A stretch of 64,000 bases of DNA, taken from positions 4,055-68,054 of the forward strand of contig JAPKBM010000008.1 of NCBI GenBank assembly GCA_026421205.1, given 5' to 3'. This document shows, piece after piece, positions 36,395 through 46,650 of the stretch. This DNA is from Planctomycetota bacterium. Its GTDB lineage: Bacteria; Planctomycetota; UBA1135. The stretch's first letter is position 1; every line of letters starts with the position of its first letter. Below the pieces are notes generated by a model that saw only the letters and a list, made by a program, of their open reading frames with translations, was not told the origin of the DNA and searched no databases. Both the position numbers and the translations under genes were made by a program.

Positions 36395-37034
36395 CCCCCC
36401 TCGCTCTTTCCCGAAGATTAAAGTTTGCGGCCTCACTTCCGCCGAAGATGCGCGACACGCCATTCAATCCGGTGCCGACGCCGTCGGAGTGGTTGGGGTG
36501 CTCTCTTCCCCGCGTGGCATCTCCGCAGAAAAAGCCCGTGAAGTTTTCCAAGGACTCTCCAACAACCTTTGGAAAATTGCCGTTTTCGTTAACCCGTCTC
36601 CTGCCGAAGCTCTTTCGTTTCTAAAAAGAGCCGACGCCAACGCGGTGCAACTTTGTGGCGAGGAAAACACGGAGGACTGGAATGACTTCCCTTTTCCTGT
36701 TTTTAAAAAATGGGGCGTGGCAGAGTCCGAAGAAGGCATGCATCAACGTTGGAAACAAATTTGCTGTGGATTTATTTTGGATTCGCCAAACTCCCCGGGT
36801 GGAACAGGAGAAACAGTAGACCCCGTTCTTGCGCAAAGATTCGCCGCACAAGCACCTTGTCTTTTAGCCGGGGGGCTCCATGCAGAAAACGTCGGCGAAA
36901 AAGTTGCGCAAATTCGACCGGCTGGGGTGGACGCATCCTCGGCTCTTGAAGACTCTCCTGGAATCAAAAACAAAGAGCACGTCCAAGTCTTTATTCAGTC
37001 GGCGCAACGCGCATTTCAGAGGATAGAACAATGA
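36387..37034 (+). CDS. trpF: phosphoribosylanthranilate isomerase
   Basis: Motifs are [33 protein letters not shown] and LAGGL. It overlaps trpC by 8 nt. Confidence 0.85.
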   Translation: MHNPPRSFPKIKVCGLTSAEDARHAIQSGADAVGVVGVLSSPRGISAEKAREVFQGLSNNLWKIAVFVNPSPAEALSFLKRADANAVQLCGEENTEDWNDFPFPVFKKWGVAESEEGMHQRWKQICCGFILDSPNSPGGTGETVDPVLAQRFAAQAPCLLAGGLHAENVGEKVAQIRPAGVDASSALEDSPGIKNKEHVQVFIQSAQRAFQRIEQ

Positions 37035-38200
37035 AAGGGCCCTACTTCGGCGATTTCGGCGGTCAATTTGCCCCAGAAACACTGATGCCTTCTTTGCAGG
37101 AATTAGAATCCGCCTGGCAATCTATCGGGCAAAGTCCCTCCTTCCGAAAAGAGTTCAACGATCTACTCAAGAACTATGCCGGACGGCCGACGCCACTTAC
37201 GCCATGTCGACGACTTGGAGAGGCTTGGGGATTGGAGCTTTGGCTCAAGAGGGAGGACCTTTTGCATACGGGTGCGCACAAGTTGAACAATGCGCTCGGT
37301 CAGGCTTTGCTGGCCAAGCACATGGGGAAAACGCGCATTCTTGCGGAAACGGGCGCGGGGCAACACGGTGTGGCCACGGCAACTGTTTGTGCTCTGCTTG
37401 ATTTGGAATGCGTGGTGTACATGGGGTCGGTTGACGCCGTTCGGCAAAAAACCAATGTGCTGCGCATGGAGCTTTTGGGTGCGCGTGTGGAAATTGTGGA
37501 ACACGGTCAGAAAACTTTAAAGGATGCTGTCAATGAAGCCCTCCGCGCATGGACCGGAGACCCCGACGCGCATTATCTGTTAGGTTCCGCACTCGGGCCC
37601 CACCCTTTTCCCGCATTGGTGGCCGACTTTCAGCAAGTCATTGGCAAGGAAGCAGTACAACAAATTGCAGACCAAGCCGATGCCTCACCCGACCTCGTGG
37701 TGGCCTGCGTGGGCGGCGGGTCTAACGCCATTGGGATTTTCAGAGCTTTTGAAGAAGATGCATCCGTCCGTTTAGTTGGCGTCGAAGCCGGCGGAGATGG
37801 AGTAGAAACAGGGCGGCACGCGGCACGTTTTTCCGGAGGAACGCCGGGCGTTTTGCATGGGTGCCGTACCTGGCTTCTTCAAAACGAAGACGGCCAAATT
37901 TTGCCGACGCATAGCGTCAGTGCCGGCTTGGATTATCCGGCCGTCGGCCCCGAACATGCAGCGCTCCATGCGTTGGGTCGCGCAGAATACGCGTCGGCCA
38001 CCGATGAAGATGCTTTAACCGCCCTTCAAGCCCTTTGTAAGAGAGAAGGGATTTTGCCGGCCTTAGAATCCAGTCATGCTTTGGGTTGGGTGCAGCAAAA
38101 TCAAGACGACCTGCGCGGAAAGCGTGTACTCGTCAACTTAAGCGGGCGCGGCGACAAAGACCTGGCCATAATTTTCGAAACACTGGGGCTTGGCACATGA
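37031..38200 (+). CDS. trpB: tryptophan synthase beta chain
   Basis: Motifs are [19 protein letters not shown] (PLP Lys), [10 protein letters not shown] and GLDYP. Confidence 0.92.
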   Translation: MKGPYFGDFGGQFAPETLMPSLQELESAWQSIGQSPSFRKEFNDLLKNYAGRPTPLTPCRRLGEAWGLELWLKREDLLHTGAHKLNNALGQALLAKHMGKTRILAETGAGQHGVATATVCALLDLECVVYMGSVDAVRQKTNVLRMELLGARVEIVEHGQKTLKDAVNEALRAWTGDPDAHYLLGSALGPHPFPALVADFQQVIGKEAVQQIADQADASPDLVVACVGGGSNAIGIFRAFEEDASVRLVGVEAGGDGVETGRHAARFSGGTPGVLHGCRTWLLQNEDGQILPTHSVSAGLDYPAVGPEHAALHALGRAEYASATDEDALTALQALCKREGILPALESSHALGWVQQNQDDLRGKRVLVNLSGRGDKDLAIIFETLGLGT

Positions 38201-39000
38201 ATCACTTCAACCGACTTGAGCATGCCACGCAAACACTTCGGGAAACCAACCAGCGGGGAGTTGCGCCCTATCTGACCGCCGGCGATGGTGGCCTCACCAC
38301 AACTTTGGCTGTCCTCCATGCGCTTGAAAAGGCAGGTGCTACCTGCGTGGAATTGGGTTTTCCGTTCTCCGACCCCATCGCCGACGGCCCTATTCTGCAA
38401 GCCGCTGCACAACGATCCTTGGAAGCGGGAACCACCTTTGCCGATACTTTGGAAATGGTGGCGACATACCGCAAGGAAGGCGGAGAACTTCCTCTGGCGT
38501 TCATGTCTTACATCAACCCTCTTCTTCAACATGGTGGCCTTAGCTCCACCTGTCAGCGGATTGCGTATGCCGGCGCCGACGCCCTTGTGGTTCCTGACTT
38601 GCCCCTCGAGGAATCCGAAGAGCTTGAAAAAGTTTGCTGGGAAAATCGTCTTGCACCCATCTTGTTCGCCGCCCCTACTTCGGGAGACGCGCGCATTCAA
38701 AAAGCCGGAAGCCGAAGCCATGGATTTCTTTACGTCGTTGGCCGCGTAGGAATCACTGGAGGGAGCACGGCTTTTGATAACACCACGCAAGAGTTCCTTC
38801 AGACTGCCCGTCGGCTTTCCAATGCCCCCATTGCCGTTGGCTTCGGAATCCGAACCGCCGACGACATTCGCTCAGCAACAAAATACGCGGACCTTGCCAT
38901 TGTGGGCACAGCACTCGTAGAAAAATTACACTACTCCAAAGATCCGGCAAAAACCGCCTTTGACTTTCTCAAAGAACTTCAATCAGGACTCAACGCATGA
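38197..39000 (+). CDS. trpA: tryptophan synthase alpha chain
   Basis: ATG 38197 (MNHFNRLE) with an ATGA overlap on trpB. Motifs are [25 protein letters not shown] and GFGI. Confidence 0.9.
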   Translation: MNHFNRLEHATQTLRETNQRGVAPYLTAGDGGLTTTLAVLHALEKAGATCVELGFPFSDPIADGPILQAAAQRSLEAGTTFADTLEMVATYRKEGGELPLAFMSYINPLLQHGGLSSTCQRIAYAGADALVVPDLPLEESEELEKVCWENRLAPILFAAPTSGDARIQKAGSRSHGFLYVVGRVGITGGSTAFDNTTQEFLQTARRLSNAPIAVGFGIRTADDIRSATKYADLAIVGTALVEKLHYSKDPAKTAFDFLKELQSGLNA

Positions 39001-39215
39001 CCACTGCCGCGCGCAATCAACTTGCTAGAATCGACCTAGCTCTTGTTCAACTTCTTCAAGAGCGTGCTCGCATCCTTGAAGAAACCCCTGAGGCCACCGA
39101 AGAGGTAGGGCCTCGGGTCGACGACCTCTTGAGGCGGACAGAAGGCCCCTTTTGCGGAGTAACGCTCGCCGAAATCTTGCGACTTGCCCTCAAGGGGTCC
39201 GGAGGTGAAAAGTGA
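38997..39215 (+). CDS. short chorismate-mutase-like (AroQ helix) ORF, 72 aa
   Basis: It is coupled by ATGA to trpA and by GTGA to the DAHP synthase gene. NQLARIDLALVQLLQERARIL resembles the first AroQ helix (L.R..ID..L..LL..R). It is shorter than functional AroQ domains. Confidence 0.35.
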   Translation: MTTAARNQLARIDLALVQLLQERARILEETPEATEEVGPRVDDLLRRTEGPFCGVTLAEILRLALKGSGGEK

Positions 39216-40222
39216 TTTTTCGACTTGCTCCGGGAACCCCCGCTGATGTTGTCCAAGAACTCCGTGACCGCCTCGAAAAGGTCGGCGTGCGTACTCGGTT
39301 GTCGCCGGAAACAGCGCAACCCATCTTCGCTGCGGTAGACAAAGTGCCCACAAAACTTGGCGAAGAAATTGCCGCGCATGAGCGTGTTTTGGAAACAGTC
39401 ACTCCTCGTGGCGCGTGGCGATTGGCGGACCGAGCCTTTCGAAACACACCGACCGTTGCCGATGTCGGTGGGGTTCGCGTTGGTGGCCGACAAGTTGTAG
39501 TCATTGCTGGCCCCTGTTCTGTAGACGCTTTCATGGATGAGGCTGCGGATCAAGTCAAACGCGCGGGCGGACACATTTTGCGTGGAGGCGCATACAAACC
39601 ACGTACCTCCCCTTGGTCCTTTCAAGGCTTCGGTGAAGAAGGCTTGCGCCTCTTGAAGTCTTCTGGGAATCGAATCGGCTTACCCGTGATTTCTGAAATC
39701 ATGGATGCGTCGCATCTCCCTGCATTCATTGAACATGGCATCGATTGCCTACAGGTCGGCGCGCGAAATATGCAGAACTTTACCTTACTTAAGGCCATTT
39801 CCAGTTGCGGAATTCCTGTACTTTTGAAGCGTGGTCTTGCCGCCACGGTTGAGGAATGGCTTTACAGTGCGGAATATGTACTTGCCGGTGGATGCCAAAA
39901 TGTCATTTTGTGTGAGCGCGGTATTCGAACTTTTGAGAAAGCGACGAGAAACACTCTAGACCTCACCATTCTACCCCTACTCAGAGAATGGACGCATCTT
40001 CCGGTTGTGGTGGATCCTTCGCATGCTGCGGGAATTGCCAGCTTAATCCCCACACTTTCCCGCGCTTCTGTTGCCGCAGGCGCCGACGGTCTTGCCATTG
40101 AAATCCATCCGGACCCATCGCAAGCACGCTCCGACGCAGATCAAGCATTACTAGAAGGAGAACTTGCTCAGATTACCGCCGACGCCCGCACCTTAGGCGC
40201 CGTCATTGGCCGACGCGAATAA
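39212..40222 (+). CDS. 3-deoxy-7-phosphoheptulonate (DAHP) synthase, type I-beta, with an N-terminal ferredoxin-like regulatory domain
   Basis: GTG start. The ~70-aa N-terminal domain (MIFRLAPGTPADVVQELRDRLEKVG) is followed by VIAGPCSVD, LRGGAYKPRTSPWSFQG, LLKRG and VVDPSHA. Confidence 0.85.
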   Translation: MIFRLAPGTPADVVQELRDRLEKVGVRTRLSPETAQPIFAAVDKVPTKLGEEIAAHERVLETVTPRGAWRLADRAFRNTPTVADVGGVRVGGRQVVVIAGPCSVDAFMDEAADQVKRAGGHILRGGAYKPRTSPWSFQGFGEEGLRLLKSSGNRIGLPVISEIMDASHLPAFIEHGIDCLQVGARNMQNFTLLKAISSCGIPVLLKRGLAATVEEWLYSAEYVLAGGCQNVILCERGIRTFEKATRNTLDLTILPLLREWTHLPVVVDPSHAAGIASLIPTLSRASVAAGADGLAIEIHPDPSQARSDADQALLEGELAQITADARTLGAVIGRRE

Positions 40223-40258
40223 GACGACATAATTTCTGCCGTACTCCTTCGCATATTT

Positions 40259-40543
40259 TCAGAAAGTGGCGTAGTAAGCATTAATTCTTTCCGACGGATT
40301 TCCTTTTGCTTCGCAACCATTTCGAATCCCTGCATACCATTTCCCAGAATCTTTATAAGGATCTTCAAAATCCTTACTACAAAAAGTTTCGGAAATACGG
40401 TGGCTTAGTGAATCAGAAACCTCCCTGGTCACCTCCAAGTAAACCTTCGAACGCCATGCAGAGGTTTCATCCGCCAACACGAGGGAATCCGGTTCTCGCT
40501 TTGCATGGGCGGCCTTCATGGACTCCGCTGCCTTCTTCATCAT
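40259..40543 (-). CDS. hypothetical protein (~94 aa)
   Basis: The ORF has ATG starts at 40543 and 40540, and the track start at 40579 is GTG. No family recognised. Coding status is uncertain. Confidence 0.3.
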   Translation of the reverse strand: MMKKAAESMKAAHAKREPDSLVLADETSAWRSKVYLEVTREVSDSLSHRISETFCSKDFEDPYKDSGKWYAGIRNGCEAKGNPSERINAYYATF

Positions 40544-40651
40544 TCCACCGAAACTAGGGAAATATGAAATAAGCACCACAAGCGCTGATGCACAAACAAC
40601 TTGTTTTCCCAGACATGCTCCGCGTCTTTCCTAGGTACGTCGGCAGTTACG

Positions 40652-41506
40652 TTATGTGAAAACGACGGTGCGGTTGTCGTGAACGATGACTTGGCGGTTG
40701 AGATGCAAGAAAATCGCCCTGGAGAGCACCACTTTTTCCAAATCCTTGCCACGGCGAATCATGTCCTGCACGGTGTCTCGATGGCTGACCCGGGCAATAT
40801 CCTGCTCCACAATAGGGCCTTCGTCCAAATCTGGCGTGACGTAATGCGCCGTGGCACCAATCAACTTCACACCCCGGTCATAGGCTTTCCGATACGGTCG
40901 GGCCCCCGCAAAAGCAGGCAAGAAGGAATGGTGAATATTAAGAATGGGTTTTGCAAATGCCGCAATGAACGAATCACTCAACACCTGCATGTACCGAGCC
41001 AGAACAACTAAGTCCACTTCGTATTGCTCAAGTAACGCAAGTTCCTTGGCCTCTTGCTCGCCCTTTGTTTCTTTGGTGATCGGCAAACAATGGAAAGGAA
41101 TTGAAAATTGCTTCGCAACCTTTTCAAACTCAGGATGGTTCCCGATGATGCATGAAATATCCACGTTCCACTCTCCAGAGGTCCATCGGGACAGGATATC
41201 CCATAAACAGTGACTCTCCTTAGAAACAAAAAGTGCAATGCGCGGCGTTTCTTTAGTAAACCCAACAGAAAAATCAAGGCCAACTTCTTCCGCAATCTCA
41301 GCAGAAAACCGGTCGGCAATCTTTTCATCTTCGATTTCAAAACCTGACAAGTCCCATTCCACACGAATGAAAAACCGCCCCGCCTCTTCTTCCACGTGCT
41401 GATCCAAATGCACAATGTTCCCGCGATAGCGAGAAACCCAAAGAGTCATTTTTGCAACCAGACCCTCGCGGTCGGCGCAATGCCCAGTGAGTATGGCGTG
41501 ATTCAT
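40652..41506 (-). CDS. purU: formyltetrahydrofolate deformylase
   Basis: N-terminal ACT domain (ILTGHCADREGLVAKMTLWV...FFIRVEW) followed by the formyltransferase core NIHHSFLPAFAGARPYRKAYDRGVKLIGATAHYVTPDLDEGPIVEQ. Confidence 0.9.
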   Translation of the reverse strand: MNHAILTGHCADREGLVAKMTLWVSRYRGNIVHLDQHVEEEAGRFFIRVEWDLSGFEIEDEKIADRFSAEIAEEVGLDFSVGFTKETPRIALFVSKESHCLWDILSRWTSGEWNVDISCIIGNHPEFEKVAKQFSIPFHCLPITKETKGEQEAKELALLEQYEVDLVVLARYMQVLSDSFIAAFAKPILNIHHSFLPAFAGARPYRKAYDRGVKLIGATAHYVTPDLDEGPIVEQDIARVSHRDTVQDMIRRGKDLEKVVLSRAIFLHLNRQVIVHDNRTVVFT

Positions 41507-41517
41507 CTGAACAAGGT

Positions 41518-42714
41518 CTATCGTTCCAACAGTAAGGCAATCCCTTGCCCCCCACCAATGCAGGCGGAAGCCATGCCGTATTTTGCGTTAGCCCGCTCCA
41601 ATTGGTGAAACATGGTCAAGACCAAACGCGTTCCAGTTGCAGCAAGTGGATGGCCGATGGCAACTGCACCGCCATTGACATTGCACTTGTCACGGTCTAA
41701 CTCCAACACTTTTTCACAAGCAAGAAACTGCGCGGCGAATGCCTCATTGATTTCAATGAAATCCATGTCATGCACTGTCATCCCTACTTTTTCTGCGGCC
41801 AACTTCATGGCGGGAACTGGGCCAATACCCATGATTTCCGGCTCAACACCAGAAATTCCCCAAGACCGGATATGCGCCCGCACTGTCCAGCCTTCGGCCG
41901 CCGCGCGTTCCGCCGTCGTCACGATCACTGCGGCACCGCCGTCCACAATGCCCGACGCATTGCCGGCGGTCACTGTGCCCTCCTTGCCAAAGGCCGGACG
42001 CAATCTTGACAACTGCTCAATAGAAGTTTCCGGCTTAATGTGGTCATCGGTATCCACTACAAATTCTTTCCGTCCTTTCTTTACCGTCACAGGAACAATC
42101 TCATCAGCGAACAAGCCGTTCTTCACTGCAGCCGCACCCAACTGATGGGAACGCATCGCAAATTCATCCTGAGACTCTCTGGTAATTCCATACTTCGTCG
42201 CCAAATTCTCCGCCGTTTGCGCCATGAAAAAGCCACAGTATGGATCCATCAAAGACTCAAAGAGATAATCCTCAACCTTGGGTGAGCCTCCTAAACGAAA
42301 GCCCTCACGTGCGCCCCGAATGATATGCGGTGCCTGACTCATGTTTTCCATGCCACCCGCAACCACGACATCGGCATCGCCACACAAAATCATCTGCGCT
42401 GCCGACACGATCGACTGAATTCCCGAACCGCAAATTCGATTCACCGTCAAAGCGGGTACTTCATTGGCCAAGCCCGCTTTCAAGCTAGCGTGCCGCGCGC
42501 CGTAAATGGCGTCGGGACCGGTTTGCAACGCATTGCCCATCACCACATGGTCCACTTGTTCCGGCTTCACGCCAGAACGATCAAGCGCACCCGTAATGGC
42601 ATGTGCACCCAAATCATTGGTGCCCACAGTGTTAAAAAGGCCGAAGCCAGGAGTGCCGACGTATTCGGCCATTGCGGTGCGCGCACCGCCTACAAGAACG
42701 ATATCTTTTTTCAT
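41518..42714 (-). CDS. acetyl-CoA acetyltransferase (thiolase)
   Basis: Motifs are VNRICGSGIQS (active Cys), GNASGIVDG, NGGAVAIGHPLAATG and CIGGGQG. Confidence 0.9.
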   Translation of the reverse strand: MKKDIVLVGGARTAMAEYVGTPGFGLFNTVGTNDLGAHAITGALDRSGVKPEQVDHVVMGNALQTGPDAIYGARHASLKAGLANEVPALTVNRICGSGIQSIVSAAQMILCGDADVVVAGGMENMSQAPHIIRGAREGFRLGGSPKVEDYLFESLMDPYCGFFMAQTAENLATKYGITRESQDEFAMRSHQLGAAAVKNGLFADEIVPVTVKKGRKEFVVDTDDHIKPETSIEQLSRLRPAFGKEGTVTAGNASGIVDGGAAVIVTTAERAAAEGWTVRAHIRSWGISGVEPEIMGIGPVPAMKLAAEKVGMTVHDMDFIEINEAFAAQFLACEKVLELDRDKCNVNGGAVAIGHPLAATGTRLVLTMFHQLERANAKYGMASACIGGGQGIALLLER

Positions 42715-42720
42715 GATGGC

Positions 42721-43509
42721 TTAGAGACCTTGAAAGTCTGCTTTACGTTTATCGAGGAAAGCCTTCGTGCCCTCCCTCATGTCTTCTGTGGCGAAAATAA
42801 GTCCGAAGGCATCCGCTTCCATGGACTCGCCGGCGGACTGCCCCACCTCAAGCCCCATGCGGATCACTTCAAGAGCAGAGCGCACCGCGACAGGCCCGCG
42901 CGATGCAATAGTTTTGGCAAGCGCAACTGCCGACGGAAGTAACTCTTCCGCACTCACCACACGATTCACCACGCCCACGCGATGGGCTTCAGCGGCATCG
43001 AACAATTCACCCGACAAAATCCACTCACGGGCAACACCCGGCCCCGCAATGCGAGACAAACGCTGTGTCCCTCCAAAGCCAGGAATCAAACCCAGCGTGA
43101 CTTCTGGAAGGCCCATTTTGGAGCCTTCAGCAGCCACCCGAAGATGACAAGCCAAAGCCAGCTCTAAGCCACCCCCCAATGCAAAACCTTGGATGGCAGC
43201 AATCACGGGTTTGGGACAAGCTTCCATCACGCCGAAGCAATCTTGCCCGTCGTGACTCATTTCCCGGGCTTCACTGGGCGTCATATTCGACAACGCCGCA
43301 ATGTCGGCACCAGCAATAAAAGCCTTATCACCCGCCCCGGCAATCACCAAAGCCCGGACATCTTCCTCCAACGCCAATTCAATCACAGCCTCTCGCAACT
43401 CGGCAAGAACGTCGGCGTTCAAAGCATTTAAAGCCTTGGGACGATTCACCGTGACCACGGCAATGCCGTCGGCATCCACGTCCACGAGAATCAATTCAGA
43501 ATTAGACAC
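42721..43509 (-). CDS. enoyl-CoA hydratase (crotonase family)
   Basis: Motifs are VNRPKALNAL, AFIAGADI, QGFALGGGLELALACH and PEVTLGLIPGFGGTQRL. GTG start overlaps the upstream gene end by 8 nt. Confidence 0.88.
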   Translation of the reverse strand: MSNSELILVDVDADGIAVVTVNRPKALNALNADVLAELREAVIELALEEDVRALVIAGAGDKAFIAGADIAALSNMTPSEAREMSHDGQDCFGVMEACPKPVIAAIQGFALGGGLELALACHLRVAAEGSKMGLPEVTLGLIPGFGGTQRLSRIAGPGVAREWILSGELFDAAEAHRVGVVNRVVSAEELLPSAVALAKTIASRGPVAVRSALEVIRMGLEVGQSAGESMEADAFGLIFATEDMREGTKAFLDKRKADFQGL

Positions 43510-44050
43510 GGCCGCGCACCTTCATGCTTTTGATGACGCACTTTTCCGCAGGCGAAGACCCTTCGCCACCCCCACCCGTGGCGACGGAAGCGACGGCATC
43601 TAATGCGGCGTCTCCTTCCACAAGTTTGCCGAAGGCAGCGTACTGGCCATTCAAGAAATCGGCTGCACCGTGGCAGATGAAAAACTGACAAGAAGCGGAA
43701 TTCGGGTCTGCGGAACGCGCCATGGAAATCACGCCACGCTCATGAGCATAGTCTGAGTCCTCGGAAAACTCGCCGGGGATCATTCCGTGAGGTCCAGAAC
43801 CTGTTCCGGTTCCTTGAGGGCATCCACCCTGAATCATAAAGCCAGGGATCACGCGGTGAAAACCTTTGCCGTCATAAAAACCTTCGGCGGCATAGCGCAC
43901 AAAGTTTTTCACAGTTGCAGGAGCTGCGTCGGGCCAAAGTTCCAAAGTAATGGTGCCGACGTCATTGCCGCCAACTTCCACTTCAAGGTCAATCAAAGCG
44001 TTTTTCAAATCCTCATCGCTGAGGTTGTCAATCTGTGTGTAGTCTGTCAT
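43502..44050 (-). CDS. peptidyl-prolyl cis-trans isomerase, cyclophilin type
   Basis: Motifs are TVKNFVRYAAEGFYDGKGFHRVIPGFMIQGG, GVISMARS.DPNSASCQFFI and FGKLVEG. Confidence 0.9.
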   Translation of the reverse strand: MTDYTQIDNLSDEDLKNALIDLEVEVGGNDVGTITLELWPDAAPATVKNFVRYAAEGFYDGKGFHRVIPGFMIQGGCPQGTGTGSGPHGMIPGEFSEDSDYAHERGVISMARSADPNSASCQFFICHGAADFLNGQYAAFGKLVEGDAALDAVASVATGGGGEGSSPAEKCVIKSMKVRGRV

Positions 44051-44072
44051 GTTTTTATCCTAAGTTAATGCG

Positions 44073-45392
44073 TTAGTTCAAGCGTTTGATGATGTGCCAG
44101 CCAAAGGGCGATGACTTTTCTTGATGAGGTGCCAAGCCGACCTCCCCGACTTGAAGGGAAAAACCGACGTCTCCGAAGGCTGGGACCAAACGGTCTCGCT
44201 GGGTGGCCATGGTTTCCGGAATCTTCCCAGCCAGCTCATCTCTTTTCACGGAGAATGCCGCACGGGCCGCTTCCATCGTCATCTTCTGCGCCTGCATTTC
44301 TGCTTGCAATTCTTTCTGGTAATCTTGTATTTGCTTATTCAAGTCAAACATCAAGCGGTCGGAAGCAATGTCGCGTCGGCCATGGTTCAAGATGAGATAA
44401 GTTCCCGGACGCGTGTCTCCAGGGCGCATGTTGTCATCCGTGTATTCGCGCAACAATGCGTCAAAGTTCTCGCCCGCTTGCACGCGCGCAAACACGGTGT
44501 CGGCCAATTGTTTTGCCTCTTCCTTGCTTCGGGTTGGCCCGGGAATCGCGTCCTTAAAGGAAATCAAAATATGCTGCACGGTCACTTGCTCCACTTCACC
44601 TGCAGGCAGTTCAGGCATCACACGCGCCATGGTTTCTCCCTTTTGAGGAGCAACCCCTTCCTTGACAACCACCGAAGTCATCGTGACCCTCTTCAACGGA
44701 TCTGCCTTTTCACGACCATTGGAACGGGTTGGCGTATTGGCCAAGATTTCCAGAATGGCCGCTCCCGACGTCATCCGCCCAAAAGAAGCGTATTGATTGT
44801 CTAAATTCCAAACGGAGGGCTGATCATCACAAATCAAAAAGAATTGACTGGATGCTGAATTTGGGCTCTGGCCTCTTGCCATGGACAACACGCCGTACTG
44901 ATGAGCACGCTCTGGGGCGTCGGAAAACTCAGCCTGAATTTGCCCATGCGGTCCATCCCCTTGCCCCGTGCCCTTTGGGTCACCTCCCTGCAACATGAAG
45001 TCCCGCAAAATCCGATGGAATGTTAAGCCGTCGTAAAAGCCTTCATCACAGTAGCGCAAGAAATTCCGCGCCGTTCTCGGCGCATCATCGCCCCAAAGTT
45101 CGAAACTCATCGTGCCGACCTCTTTTCCATCGATAGCACAAGTCATCTCCACAAAGTAGTTTTTCAAGTTAGCATCTGAAACCGGTCCACCCGCCTCAAA
45201 ATGAAACTGCGAGGCACGACTGGGTGCGTAAGGCTTGGGCGCCGTAGTGGGAGATGGCGTTAAAGGCACATCTTGCTGCGCTTGCGCCCCCACCTCTAAA
45301 GCCGGTGGTGTCGCCACAGCGGTTTGTGTCATGGAAGGATCATCCTCACCACATGCAGGAAGGATCAAAAGAAGAGGGAGAAAGTATTTCAT
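44073..45392 (-). CDS. lipoprotein PPIase fusing an N-terminal cyclophilin domain to a C-terminal parvulin (PpiC/SurA-like) domain
   Basis: Lipobox LLLILPAC. Cyclophilin motifs are RNFLRYCDEGFYDGLTFHRILRDFMLQGGDP, GVLSMARG and SQFFLI. The C-terminus has VQHILISF...FGDVGFSLQVGEVG...SPFGWHIIKRL. Confidence 0.8.
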   Translation of the reverse strand: MKYFLPLLLILPACGEDDPSMTQTAVATPPALEVGAQAQQDVPLTPSPTTAPKPYAPSRASQFHFEAGGPVSDANLKNYFVEMTCAIDGKEVGTMSFELWGDDAPRTARNFLRYCDEGFYDGLTFHRILRDFMLQGGDPKGTGQGDGPHGQIQAEFSDAPERAHQYGVLSMARGQSPNSASSQFFLICDDQPSVWNLDNQYASFGRMTSGAAILEILANTPTRSNGREKADPLKRVTMTSVVVKEGVAPQKGETMARVMPELPAGEVEQVTVQHILISFKDAIPGPTRSKEEAKQLADTVFARVQAGENFDALLREYTDDNMRPGDTRPGTYLILNHGRRDIASDRLMFDLNKQIQDYQKELQAEMQAQKMTMEAARAAFSVKRDELAGKIPETMATQRDRLVPAFGDVGFSLQVGEVGLAPHQEKSSPFGWHIIKRLN

Positions 45393-45405
45393 TTGTTTAT
45401 CTCAA

Positions 45406-46596
45406 TCAGTCAGCAAGCTCCCAGGCGGAAGTCATGCCAAGCCCACCACTCACACAGAGGGTGGCCAAACCGCGCTTTACACCGCGGCGTTTCATTTCAT
45501 GGAGAAGGGTGACGACAATGCGCGCACCCGTGCATCCGATGGGATGTCCCAACGCAATGGACCCACCATTCACGTTGACTAACTCTTCGGGGAATGGCAT
45601 TTGCAACTGACAAGCCAAAACCTGTGCGGCAAAAGCCTCATTGACTTCAAAAAGTCCGAAGTCCTCTACGCTCCAGTCATTCCGCGCAAAGAGTTGTTGC
45701 GTGGCAGGAACCGGCCCGAGCCCCATGCGTTTTGGATCTGTGCCGGAGACTTGGGAATCCAAAAAGTAAGCTAAGGGTTGTAATCCACGGCGCTTTACTT
45801 CCGTCTCCGTCATCAACAACAAAGCGGCGGCTCCGTCGGTAATCCCCGATGCATTTCCTGGGGTCACCGTGCCATTTTCTTTGGCAAAGACCGCGGGCAA
45901 TTTTGCAAGCTTTTCCAAAGTGGTGTCAGGCCGAAGGTGTTCGTCTTTTTCAATCACGATATCCCCTTTTCTAGATGAAACCGTCACCGGAACCAATTCG
46001 TCGGCAAACCGGCCGGCCTCCCAAGCGTCGGCCGCCTTTTGTTGCGACCGCAAAGCAAATCCATCTTGATCCTCTCGGCTGATGCCCATCTCCTGTGCCA
46101 GCAATTCCGCTGTTTCTCCCATGATCATGCCGGAAAGTGGGCACTGAAATCCGTCGTGGTACATCCCGTCAATGACCTTGGCATGACCCAAGCGATACCC
46201 CTCTCTCATGCGGTCCAGCATAAAAGGCACGCGCGTCATGGACTCCATTCCGCCGGCTATCGCCACCGAAGCCCGCCCCAAACGGAGGTCATCGGCTGCC
46301 ATCTGTAGAGATTTCATCCCCGAAGCGCAGGCAATGTTCACCGTGGTCGCCGTGCACTCCTGCGGAAGCCCTGCCCCCCAAGTAACCTGCCGTGCCGGGT
46401 TTGGCTTTGACCCCGCTTGGCGACCTTGGCCAAAATAAGCCACGCCGATGTCGGCCGGATCCACATGCGCCGCTTTCAAAGCACCCTTCGCTGCCCAAAC
46501 ACCTAATTCCGGGGCCGCCAAGGTAGAAAATCCCCCCATATAACGGCCAATAGGCGTGCGAACTGCGGAAACTACGGCAATGCGTTCAGCGGTCAT
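45406..46596 (-). CDS. acetyl-CoA acetyltransferase (thiolase), second copy
   Basis: ATG 46596 (MTAERIAVVSAVRTPIG). Motifs are VNIACASGMKS, GNASGITDG, NGGSIALGHPIGCTG and CVSGGLG. Confidence 0.88.
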   Translation of the reverse strand: MTAERIAVVSAVRTPIGRYMGGFSTLAAPELGVWAAKGALKAAHVDPADIGVAYFGQGRQAGSKPNPARQVTWGAGLPQECTATTVNIACASGMKSLQMAADDLRLGRASVAIAGGMESMTRVPFMLDRMREGYRLGHAKVIDGMYHDGFQCPLSGMIMGETAELLAQEMGISREDQDGFALRSQQKAADAWEAGRFADELVPVTVSSRKGDIVIEKDEHLRPDTTLEKLAKLPAVFAKENGTVTPGNASGITDGAAALLLMTETEVKRRGLQPLAYFLDSQVSGTDPKRMGLGPVPATQQLFARNDWSVEDFGLFEVNEAFAAQVLACQLQMPFPEELVNVNGGSIALGHPIGCTGARIVVTLLHEMKRRGVKRGLATLCVSGGLGMTSAWELAD

Positions 46597-46650
46597 GAGC
46601 CACACATTCTAAGGGTGCGGCGAAGTCCTGGGCTTAGATACAATTCCGAT

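Noticed and set aside
38101-38790. A 229-aa minus-strand ORF
   Set aside because: It is antisense to trpA and the end of trpB, which have unambiguous motifs. It has no recognisable features.
42325-42942. A 205-aa plus-strand ORF, with similar ORFs at 41612..42145, 44121..44804 and 12105..12683
   Set aside because: They are antisense to thiolase, crotonase, PPIase and amidohydrolase genes that carry clear family motifs.
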